From: Oscillospiraceae bacterium
Lineage (GTDB): Bacteria > Bacillota > Clostridia > Oscillospirales > Oscillospiraceae
Length of the DNA: 64,000 nt
Direction: 5' to 3'
Assembly (NCBI GenBank): GCA_045643645.1
Contig: JAZULF010000027.1
Coordinates: 8,894-72,893 of the forward strand
Made by a program: the position numbers and the translations under genes. The notes below the pieces were generated by a model. The model saw only the letters and a list, made by a program, of their open reading frames with translations, ran no database searches and was not told the DNA's origin. Positions 48,425 through 57,500 of this stretch are shown piece after piece (the first letter of the stretch is position 1; every line of letters starts with the position of its first letter).

Positions 48425-48434
48425 AAGTAATCAA

Positions 48435-50516
48435 TTAACAGTAAAAGGCAAGGCGTGATACCATTGCTGCAAGCTGTGCGCGGGTTGCAGTTCCCTGCGG
48501 GCAAAGAGTTCCGTCGCCCATTCCGATGATGATGTTATTGTTAACACACCAGTTCATAGCCGCGCGTGCATATTCAGACACTCTGCCTGCATCGGTAAAG
48601 CCTGCTGCAAGGCTGCCTGCTGCTTCAGCACCGTCATTGGCATAGCGGAATATAAAGGCACTCAGCTGCTCACGGGTAACACTTTCGTCTGCACGGAAGG
48701 TGTTATCCTCAAAGCCCTTGACAATGCCTGCGTTGTAGCCCCAGATTACTGCGTTTTCGTAGTCAGCGCCCTTGATATCTGTAAACGGGCAAGTCACACC
48801 GTCAACTGCGGGTGAGCCTGCCATGCGGTACAGAACGGTTACAACCTGCCCGCGAGTTACGGTTGTATCGGGACTGAATGCGTTTATATCTGTGCCGTTC
48901 ATAAAGCCGTTTTCATAGCAGTACTTGATGTTGTCATAGAACCACTCACCGATATTAACATCGGTGTAAGGCATTGAAACGGTAACGGGTGTTCCCTGCT
49001 TGCTTGTCATATAGTCATCGGGAATTGTCATCATCCACGCCATACCGAGTTCGCCGTAGTGGGCGGACATAATGCCGATTATGTTGTAAAGAAGCGTTGC
49101 AAACTCGTTGGGGCAACGGACCGCAAGCTTGATGACAACGGTCATAAGCGGGGCAATCATTTCCTTGACCTGCTGTGCGTTGTACTCGGTAATGCCTGCG
49201 TCGCGCATTGCGTCAAGCAGCATATCCGCTGCGTACATGATTATCTCTTCGTTGGACTTGTTTTCGATAACATAGATGAACTCACCGAGGTTCATTACGC
49301 AATTCTTGGCTAGGTTCTTGACTAAGGTTTCATACTGGTCGGGATATGTTCCGATAAGCGGAAGAACAAGCTCCTGAAGGTCATCCTGCGCCGCATATAC
49401 TTCTTCTCTTGAGGTGAATACCTCAGTAAAGAGCTTCCCGATAAGAATATCTAGGAACTCGCCCTGAGTCATTGTATTGCCCTGCTTGCTGTTGATAATC
49501 TTGGATATGGTTGCGCCGGGGGTCACGGTTATATACTTGAAATTATCAATTCTGTAGTCACCAGCGTTTTCAAAGGTGGAGAAAACCTCGAGCATATTTG
49601 CCTTGAGTTCATAGTAATTCGAGTCGAGCTTTGCACTTGGCAGAACATGGTCAACACCGTATCTGCCGAATCCCATGCATTCGGGAGCTACCTTTGCAAC
49701 CATATCGTTGTAGTTAACGATATTATGGATGTTGTTGTATACACCGTCACCGAGCTTACTGCTCTCAGCGCCCATAGGTGCCTCAAAGGTATAGATATAC
49801 ATATCATCGGTGCAAAGTGTTACATTATCGCCTATCGGCTGACCTGCAAGAAGCATATCATCAAGTCTGCCGCCAAGCATATTTGCTCCTGCTGCACCGC
49901 GGCTGTAGCCCGTGCACCAGATTTTGATTCTGCCGGTTATTTCAGTGTGCTTTGCAAGGTACTCCTGCAGGAATGCAAGTGCCTTGTCGCGGCAGATTGC
50001 AAAGCCTGTGTGCTCGCCCTCTGCGCCTACATTGAAGTCCCCTGCCCATTCGGCATAGTAACCGCAGCCTCGAAGACCGATGGCAATAACTGTGCACTTT
50101 TCGCCGTCAACGGTGATTTCCTTGTTTGCAATGCCAACACCGAAGGTGTTTCTGTCGGGTCGCTCAACAAAATCATTGTTGCACTCGAAGTCCTCAAAGC
50201 CTATCTGACTGAGGAAATCAATAAGATTGCCCGGACCCTCATGATATTTTTCAGGTTCGGCATCGTTGCCTGCGGCAAGGCACATTACCATTGTTGCGGT
50301 TGCAAGGTCCTGGCGGTAGGTATAGCCGGAATCGGTAAAATATGCATCGCTGTAGGTAAACGGACACGGATGGTTTGTTTCCATATCGTCGTGGCCTGCA
50401 TTGAACATAACAGTGCCGGTAACAGTTTCGTACTCGGCTTCTTGCGCCAACGCTGACACCGGCATTAGTGAAACGAGCATTACAAGGGCTAATAATGCGC
50501 AGATTAGCTTTTTCAT
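48435..50516 (-). CDS. Secreted lipase/esterase-like alpha/beta hydrolase with three C-terminal SLH (S-layer homology) repeats
   Basis: Signal peptide MKKLICALLALVMLVSLMPVSALA, nucleophile elbow CTGYSRGAAGA (G-x-S-x-G). Three SLH repeats lie in the last ~180 aa (YTDVNIGEWFYDNIKYCYENGFMNG..., FTDIKGADYENAVIWGYNAGIVKG..., FTDAGRVSEYARAAMNWCVNNNII...). Confidence 0.8.
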   Translation of the reverse strand: MKKLICALLALVMLVSLMPVSALAQEAEYETVTGTVMFNAGHDDMETNHPCPFTYSDAYFTDSGYTYRQDLATATMVMCLAAGNDAEPEKYHEGPGNLIDFLSQIGFEDFECNNDFVERPDRNTFGVGIANKEITVDGEKCTVIAIGLRGCGYYAEWAGDFNVGAEGEHTGFAICRDKALAFLQEYLAKHTEITGRIKIWCTGYSRGAAGANMLGGRLDDMLLAGQPIGDNVTLCTDDMYIYTFEAPMGAESSKLGDGVYNNIHNIVNYNDMVAKVAPECMGFGRYGVDHVLPSAKLDSNYYELKANMLEVFSTFENAGDYRIDNFKYITVTPGATISKIINSKQGNTMTQGEFLDILIGKLFTEVFTSREEVYAAQDDLQELVLPLIGTYPDQYETLVKNLAKNCVMNLGEFIYVIENKSNEEIIMYAADMLLDAMRDAGITEYNAQQVKEMIAPLMTVVIKLAVRCPNEFATLLYNIIGIMSAHYGELGMAWMMTIPDDYMTSKQGTPVTVSMPYTDVNIGEWFYDNIKYCYENGFMNGTDINAFSPDTTVTRGQVVTVLYRMAGSPAVDGVTCPFTDIKGADYENAVIWGYNAGIVKGFEDNTFRADESVTREQLSAFIFRYANDGAEAAGSLAAGFTDAGRVSEYARAAMNWCVNNNIIIGMGDGTLCPQGTATRAQLAAMVSRLAFYC

Positions 50517-51898
50517 ACTGTTTCCTCCAAAATTGAACTCTCTATTTCCTTTTGCTTATTATACTCACTTTCCATTACCGCAAACATAAGAGTCAGCAGT
50601 CCTGCCTCGGGGAACGGGCAGAAGATTCCGGGGTTTGTCATTGACATCGCAAGAATTGCCGCATATGAGAAGCCGAAAATCACAGACGGTGAATGAAGAT
50701 TCTGAATTATAAGTCGCATACGCTCGCCGAACAGCAGGCTGTATGCCATAATGCCGATAATGCCCATAGAACCTGCAACCTGGATAATAACATTGTGGTA
50801 GAATACAATGCTTCCCGGGATTATGGCCTTGAAAGTTGCAACATTTTTCAGATTTCCGATGCCTATGCCGCTGATGGGATAGGTTATAAAATCTCTTAAT
50901 CCCAATTCTATAAAGCTAACCCTTGTTTCGCTTGAAGAAATAAAGTTTCCGTCAATAAGTCGGCTTGAATAGAGTATCGGAAGGTATTTGAATGCGACAT
51001 AGCTTAGCACTGCAACAATTGCTACGAACATCCAGTTATACCAGCGGCGCTGTTTAAGACTATCCTTTCGCAGATAGCACATATAAACGCCGCAGACAAA
51101 GCCTACCATTGCACCAAAAAGGAGTCCGCTTCTTGAGCCGTTGAATAAAAGCGCAGCGCACATTGCGGCAAAACCAATAAGGTGAATTCTGCGACGGTTT
51201 ACAAGCAGGCACGATGCCGGCATAGTCATAAGAATTACGCTTGCAATATAGTTTCTCGGCTTGTAATACAAAACGCTGCCCTTTTCCAAGAAGTCCTGGA
51301 AGTTTTTGATATAGAACACAAGTACAATCGCCGATGCAACAAGTCCCGCAATATACATTATATCAGCAAGGCGCTCTGTTCTGTTATACTCTCTTTCATT
51401 TACAAGCCTTGAGAGAATAAGCAGATACAGAATAAGCATAGCCACACCGAGTCCGAGCATATAGTAAAGACTTACAGGTCTGAAATACTCTTCCTTCGAG
51501 ATTATGCCAACTCCGCCGAATACAAGTGCGAACGACACCGCAAGCATTGCCTTGGTGAACCTGCCCTTTACAAGCGGCTTGCAGTAATAAATCAGATTGA
51601 ACAGCAGTGCAAGCGCGAAAGGCACTACTGCATACGGAACATATGGTGTCAGCACCGTGTAATCTACATAGAACTCCGTTGAAAGAAGCAAAACGCAGAA
51701 AACGGGGCATACTATTGACATAAGGTCATCGCAGAATACAAGCAGCAGCACCGTAAGAGCCAACAGTATAAACATACCCGCAAGCTGAGTATGCGTGATT
51801 AATGAAAGTACTGAAAACAGGAACAGACCGGGCAGAAAGTATTTGCTGTTCCAAGCTTTGCTTGCAGTCATCTGACATTTACCGAATAAGCTTTGCAA
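50513..51898 (-). CDS. O-antigen ligase/polymerase-like (Wzy_C domain) polytopic membrane protein
   Basis: ~10-12 TM segments with a loop containing LLFNGSRSGLLFG, typical of the Wzy_C/WaaL family. ATGA overlap with the downstream SLH gene. The start is uncertain (TTG 51898 or ATG 51871; neither has a clear RBS). Confidence 0.72.
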   Translation of the reverse strand: MQSLFGKCQMTASKAWNSKYFLPGLFLFSVLSLITHTQLAGMFILLALTVLLLVFCDDLMSIVCPVFCVLLLSTEFYVDYTVLTPYVPYAVVPFALALLFNLIYYCKPLVKGRFTKAMLAVSFALVFGGVGIISKEEYFRPVSLYYMLGLGVAMLILYLLILSRLVNEREYNRTERLADIMYIAGLVASAIVLVFYIKNFQDFLEKGSVLYYKPRNYIASVILMTMPASCLLVNRRRIHLIGFAAMCAALLFNGSRSGLLFGAMVGFVCGVYMCYLRKDSLKQRRWYNWMFVAIVAVLSYVAFKYLPILYSSRLIDGNFISSSETRVSFIELGLRDFITYPISGIGIGNLKNVATFKAIIPGSIVFYHNVIIQVAGSMGIIGIMAYSLLFGERMRLIIQNLHSPSVIFGFSYAAILAMSMTNPGIFCPFPEAGLLTLMFAVMESEYNKQKEIESSILEETV

Positions 51899-52064
51899 AT
51901 TAATACACTATCCTTTTACATTTCACTTAGTTTAGTATGTAATAGACAAGCAGATATACTCAGCGGAGCATACCGCTCGCATAATAATTTCGTTAAGCAT
52001 ATTAACAAATTTTCACTAATTGTGCAACAATTGCAATATTTGAAGTATTATATTTTCCTCGGTC

Positions 52065-52093
52065 TTGAAACATACGCAATATCGTGCTACAAT
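52065..52093 (+). promoter_or_regulatory. Candidate sigma-A promoter of the 103-aa orphan gene (TTGAAA-17-TACAAT)
   Basis: TTGAAA 52065-52070, 17-nt spacer, TACAAT 52088-52093. Confidence 0.4.
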
Positions 52094-52118
52094 TACAAAA
52101 AAATACGGAGGTAATACT

Positions 52119-52430
52119 ATGTCCAGAGAAGAGACCTTAAAATCCATTGAGGAAGAAGATAATTACCACTACAATGAGGAGCTTTTCTATACCGGTGAGG
52201 GTGACCTGCTCGACACTCCCGAGGGCCGCGCAAAGTTCTGCAGGCTGAACGAAACCACGGTTTTCAGAAAAAAAGACCCCGGTGCATGGAGAAATTACAT
52301 TTGGGTATTCAATAATCAGGGCGTTGGTATGACTATAAAAAAGCAGAGTCGCGTTGACCCCGAGCTTATGGAATGCATTGACTACGATGCAGACGGTAAC
52401 GAAATCGGCAAGGCATACGAGCCGACATGA
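52119..52430 (+). CDS. Hypothetical acidic 103-aa protein
   Basis: ATG 52119 preceded by ACGGAGGT (7-nt spacer) and followed by a strong terminator. MSREETLKSIEEEDNYHYNEELFYTGEGDLL...; no family recognised. Confidence 0.55.
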   Translation: MSREETLKSIEEEDNYHYNEELFYTGEGDLLDTPEGRAKFCRLNETTVFRKKDPGAWRNYIWVFNNQGVGMTIKKQSRVDPELMECIDYDADGNEIGKAYEPT

Positions 52431-52444
52431 TATAAAAAAGCTAA

Positions 52445-52480
52445 ACGGCAGTTGAGTTTAACTCAACTGCCGTATTTTTA
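52445..52480. terminator. Bidirectional terminator (orphan gene on +, hypB on -)
   Basis: ACGGCAGTTGAGT-TTA-ACTCAACTGCCGT followed by ATTTTTA; A-run on the other side. Confidence 0.65.
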
Positions 52481-52487
52481 TGGCTGA

Positions 52488-53156
52488 TTACTTATTCCAC
52501 TCTTTAACCTGCTCGCGAATCCAATCTGCCCACTCGTCAATTCCCTCGCCTGTTCTTGCGGAAATGGGAATAATCTTGATGTTGGGGTTGAGCTTGGTGA
52601 CATACTGCTTGCATGCCTCAAGGTCAAAGTTGAAGTAAGGCATAACATCAATCTTATTTACGAGAAGCACATCGCAGATTGAGAACATAAGCGGGTACTT
52701 CAAAGGCTTGTCATGGCCTTCGGGAACAGAAAGAATCATTGCATTCTTAACTGCGCCGGTATCAAATTCTGCGGGGCAAACGAGGTTGCCGACATTTTCA
52801 AGAATTGCAAAGTCAACATTTTCGGTGCCGAGGCCCTCAAGACCCTGCTTGGTCATACCTGCATCAAGATGGCACATACCGCCGGTGTGAAGCTGAATGA
52901 CCTTTGCGCCGGTTTCTGCAATAGTATGTGCGTCAACATCGGAGTCGATGTCCGCTTCCATAACGCCGATACGCATCTCGTCCTTAAGTGCAGCGATTGT
53001 TGCCTTGAGAGTAGTGGTTTTGCCTGAACCGGGAGAAGACATCAGGTTAAGAAGAAAAGTTTTTTCCTTCTTAAGCTCTTCCCTGAGCTTATCTGCCTCA
53101 CGGTCATTATTCTCGAATACGCTCTTTTTAATCTCGAGTACTCTGAATCCTTCCAT
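52488..53156 (-). CDS. hypB: HypB-type nickel-metallochaperone GTPase (SIMIBI class)
   Basis: 222 aa; P-loop SSPGSGKTT, GGMCHLDA (Cys-His metal site), ENVGNLVCPAEFD, NKID. GAGGTG RBS. Confidence 0.85.
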   Translation of the reverse strand: MEGFRVLEIKKSVFENNDREADKLREELKKEKTFLLNLMSSPGSGKTTTLKATIAALKDEMRIGVMEADIDSDVDAHTIAETGAKVIQLHTGGMCHLDAGMTKQGLEGLGTENVDFAILENVGNLVCPAEFDTGAVKNAMILSVPEGHDKPLKYPLMFSICDVLLVNKIDVMPYFNFDLEACKQYVTKLNPNIKIIPISARTGEGIDEWADWIREQVKEWNK

Positions 53157-53200
53157 TTTTTCACCTCATATGTTTTTGTGTATTTTATGTTTATTATATT

Positions 53201-54397
53201 TTAGCTTAGTGAGCCCATTATTGCTTTCATTACATTATCAAAATTGCGGCTGTTTTCGGAATATGCCGCACTTGCGGGGTATATGTGCTGCTCGCCATCT
53301 GTTTTAAGGGCGTTTACTGCGCTCATCAGCTTGGAATATACCTCATACTCGGGCTCATCGGTAATAACTCCGATTGCCTGGGTATAGCCGCTGTCGCCTA
53401 CAAAGCGTGCGTTAATCTTCTCCGATACGAACCATTTGAGGAACAACACAGATGCTCGAACGGAGTCCTCGTCCGCTTTAGCTACCGCAGCACCCGTAAC
53501 CTTCTCGACATAGACATTGTCGCCGTCCTTCATGCACGGGTATTTGTAGAACTCAATTGAGTCCGGATTCATATATTCGGCATACTGCATCACATCTGCC
53601 GAGGATACAATTGCGCTTGCAAGCTTGCCGTCGGCAACCTGCTTTGCGGCATCAGAGTCAACTGCGCTGAAGCCTCTGTTATACGCACTCTCCGCAAGCA
53701 GCTTGTATATGTACTTACTGTTTTTATTGTTGCTGTCATGCGGGCTGACCGCATCAAACTCATCATTAAGCTCTGCTGATGCAGTTCTGAAGAACAAGGA
53801 GTAGTCCGAAATTGTAAAGAAGCTGTTGCCTGTTCTTGAATAATATTCGTCTGCCGTAGCGCAAAGCTTTTCGAAGGTGGAAATAGCATCAGCATCTGAA
53901 AACAGCTCTGTATTTACCATAAACACATTTGCCTCGGAAGCAATCGGTACAGAGGTAAGGCACTCTCCTGCCGTTGCTGCCTCAATCATATCCGAGCTAA
54001 TTGCTGACATTTCCCAGCCTCTCATGTATGAATTCAGGTCTGAAAGAACACCCTTTTTATTCATATATGCGGAAAAGTCTGTATCACATACTGTTATATT
54101 GGGCAGCTCGCCGCCCTCATCAATGATTTTGCAAATCTTATCATACATATCAGCCTGACTTGCAAAGGCTTTTGTTTTTACGGTAATACCGTATTCGGCG
54201 CCCTCATCAGCGTTATAATCGTTTGCGGTTCTGGAGAAATTACTCCACATGGCATCGTCATTTACATACCAAACGCTGATAGCAGTGTCATGCTCGGGCT
54301 TAAGCGGTGCGAAATGGGTTAAATAAATATATATGCCGCCCGCAGCAACGAGTATAACCGCAAATATAATTACGAGAATATATTTGACTTTTGACAT
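53201..54397 (-). CDS. Membrane-anchored extracellular solute-binding-protein-like protein (family 1-like, divergent)
   Basis: 398 aa; N-terminal uncleaved TM anchor (ILVIIFAVILVAAGGIYIYL), then a periplasmic-binding-protein-like alpha/beta sequence. No permease or ATPase genes adjacent. The family call is weak. Confidence 0.6.
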   Translation of the reverse strand: MSKVKYILVIIFAVILVAAGGIYIYLTHFAPLKPEHDTAISVWYVNDDAMWSNFSRTANDYNADEGAEYGITVKTKAFASQADMYDKICKIIDEGGELPNITVCDTDFSAYMNKKGVLSDLNSYMRGWEMSAISSDMIEAATAGECLTSVPIASEANVFMVNTELFSDADAISTFEKLCATADEYYSRTGNSFFTISDYSLFFRTASAELNDEFDAVSPHDSNNKNSKYIYKLLAESAYNRGFSAVDSDAAKQVADGKLASAIVSSADVMQYAEYMNPDSIEFYKYPCMKDGDNVYVEKVTGAAVAKADEDSVRASVLFLKWFVSEKINARFVGDSGYTQAIGVITDEPEYEVYSKLMSAVNALKTDGEQHIYPASAAYSENSRNFDNVMKAIMGSLS

Positions 54398-54523
54398 AAA
54401 TAATTACTGCTCCTCAACTATACCTTATAAATTGATATTTATCTGACTTTTCTTAATATTTATAACACAAACCCGTATCAGTTTCAACTGTATTGTGTCG
54501 AAACTAAATTAATTGTTTGTTAA

Positions 54524-54552
54524 TTGATTATTTTGAATTTTTATGATAATCT
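54524..54552 (+). promoter_or_regulatory. Candidate sigma-A promoter of the giant wall-protein gene (TTGATT-17-TAATCT)
   Basis: TTGATT 54524-54529, 17-nt spacer, TAATCT 54547-54552. Confidence 0.35.
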
Positions 54553-54588
54553 AACTGTGTATCTTTATACCTTCCCGGAGGGATTAGC

Positions 54589-57500
54589 ATGAATTCACAA
54601 GTTAAACGGTTTATAAGCATGGTTCTTACCGTAGTTTTGCTATTCGGTCTTGTAGGAACCGCAGGAGTGTTCCCCGCCTATGCAGAGGATGCCTGCGGCT
54701 ACAGTCCCGCAAAGACTATGTCCGAGCTGGCAGAGTCCGGCGAGGATGCCGCTTCCGGCAGCAGCTACAGCATTTCCGGTTATGATGAGCTTGCGGCCTT
54801 TGCCGAGTATGTAAACGGCGGCAAGCCTACAGAGGGTGCAACCTTCTACCTCACATCGGACATTAACCTTGCAGATAAAGAATGGACTCCGATTGCAAGC
54901 AAGGCTTCACTTGCTTTCAAGGGTGTCTTTGACGGCTGCGGCTTTGCTGTACTCAACCTCGAAAACAGTGACGCAGGCAGCGACTATGCAATGTTCGGCT
55001 TTGTCGCAGGCTCAGCTGCTGAGATTAAAAACCTCGGTGTTGAGGGTCAGATTAATGGCAAAGGCTCTTGTGCTGGTATTGCAGCAAATCTTGAAGACGC
55101 AAAGATTGCCAACTGCTGGAATGCAGTTGATGTAACCGGCACCTTCACCGTCGGCGGTATTGCTGCAAATGTAAAGAACGGCACCATCAGCAACTGCTGC
55201 AACTACGGCTATATTTACGGTACATCAAATGCCGGTGCAATTGCAGGTGACCTTAACGGTTCATCTGCCGTTGAGTATTCCTACTATGTTTACTACAGTG
55301 CTGACAAATCCGTCGGTAATTCGAGCAGTTCAAGCTCCCACTCTGTTTTCCGCTTTTCCTCCAGCAGCACTGAGGTTCTGACTGAAAAGGAACTTACAGT
55401 CGGCAATAAAGATACAGACGATTTAATCAAGCTTCTCAACGAATGGATTGACCTTCAGGACAAGTCCTCAAACTACCGTGAATGGATATATGACACCAGC
55501 ACCTCGGCAAAGGCACGAACTGACGGCCGTTATCCCAGCATTCTGTATCCCAACTATATAGTCCCCAAGGAAAGCTATTACACTGCCACCTCTACTATGA
55601 CAGCACTGTCTGAATCCAAGCAAAATGCGGTTAAGGGCGGCTTCTACAGTATTTCAAGCACTGAAGAGCTTCAGAAATTCAGAGACTATGTAAATATGGG
55701 CTACAACACCCAGGAGGTCACCTTCTTCCAGACCGCGGATATTGTTGTCACCAAAACCGTTGACAGCTGGACTCCTATCGGTGACGATGATGATTGTGCA
55801 TTTAAGGGTGTATATGACGGTCAGGGTTATGTCCTTACCGATATTTACATAAACAAAATCACAAATGCGCAGAGTCTTTTCGGCTATGTTGACGATACAA
55901 ATGCACTGATTAAGAATGTCGGTGTTATGGGTCTTGTTGACGGCGGCGATAACTGCGGCGGCATTGTCGGTGTTCTCTCGAGTGGCACAGTTGCCAACTG
56001 CTGGTTCGGCGGTGAGATGGTCTCAAAGGACCGCATCGGAGGTATTGTCGGTAAGGCAGGCGCAGCACAGATTCTTAACTGCGCAAACTTTGCTACCATA
56101 TCCGGTGACAGCCATGTAGGCGGCATTGTCGGCTCCTGCTCAAGCTCAACTACAATCAAGTACTGTTACTATCCCACCGACTGCGCAAGCGGCTGCGGTG
56201 AATCAAGCGGAACACAGACCGCCGTTCTTTCCTACTCAAAGGACGGCTCCGACTTCACTCTTGAGCGCTCCGTTGTTGTAGGAAGCGCATCAGGTGTAAA
56301 GCTTCTTAATGTTCTCAACCATTGGGTCAACTATCTTGCAACCGATACTTCCTACCGTTCATGGAAAATCGATGATTCTTTAGACGGCATTGCAAGAATC
56401 CAGGGCAACCACCCCACCCACCTTTATCCCGGTGACAGGTCCGGAGTCACCCATGTTGACGAGCCCCACATTGATATTGACAATGATGTCAATCCTTATA
56501 ATGTGCACTACAGCGAAACCGCTACAATGACCGAGCTTTACGATAGTGCAAGCGATGCAATTCAGGGCGGTCATTACAGTATTTCCACTGCAAAGGAGCT
56601 TCAGCTTCTTGCTCAGTTTGTAAAGGAAAACCACAGCACCAAGAACGCAACCTTCTATCTTACCAAGGATATTGATATCTCAATTCGCGCACTCGGAAAT
56701 GATGCAGAAGGCTGGCTTCCCATCGGCTGTGACCATCATATCACCGATACAGATTCATACACTTACATCTTCCGCGGCACCTTTGACGGCTGCGGCTACA
56801 CTGTTTCAAACCTCTACATCTACGATGAAAAGGGCGATAATGTCGGTCTGTTCGGCAGAATCAGAGATGCCGTTATCAAAAACCTCGGTGTTACCGGCGG
56901 CATCGTCGGCGAATATGACTGCGGCGGTATTGTCGGTCGCTCCGACCACTCTACAATCAAAAACTGCTGGGCAGCAGTTAGCATTCAGTCCGAATCCGAA
57001 ACCGGCGGTATTGTCGGTCGTGCAGACGAAACGGTAATCGAAAACTGCGTATCCTACGGCGCTCTGCTTTGCTACGGCGGTGAAACCTGCGATGCAGGCG
57101 GTATTGCAGGCGAGATTCAGAGCGATTGCACCGTAAAGAACTGCTACTATCTCAAGGACACCACTCCCGTCGGATACAACCACGCTGCCTCTTCCTCCGA
57201 GGTTGAGATTATTACCTTCACCTCAAGCTTCTTCAATGACGATTATCAGTGCACTCTCGAGCGCGCAGTAGCAGTTGAAGAACTTCAGACCGATAATCTT
57301 CTTGACGCACTCAACGCCTGGGTTCGCGCTCAGAACAACTCTCAGTACAGCGGTTGGTACAATTCTGCCGGAATAATCGGCACTGAGGGCATGACCGGTC
57401 ATTACCCGAGACTGATGTCCCCCGGTGAGTATCAGGGCTCACTTGAGAACGAAGACTACACCGGTGACTATACCGCAACCTCTACAATGAAGCAGCTTCT

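Noticed and set aside
52488-53156. Alternative call of the GTPase as UreG or CooC
   Set aside because: ENVGNLVCPAEFD together with the GGMCH metal site and overall length match HypB better than UreG or CooC. This remains a motif-level judgement.
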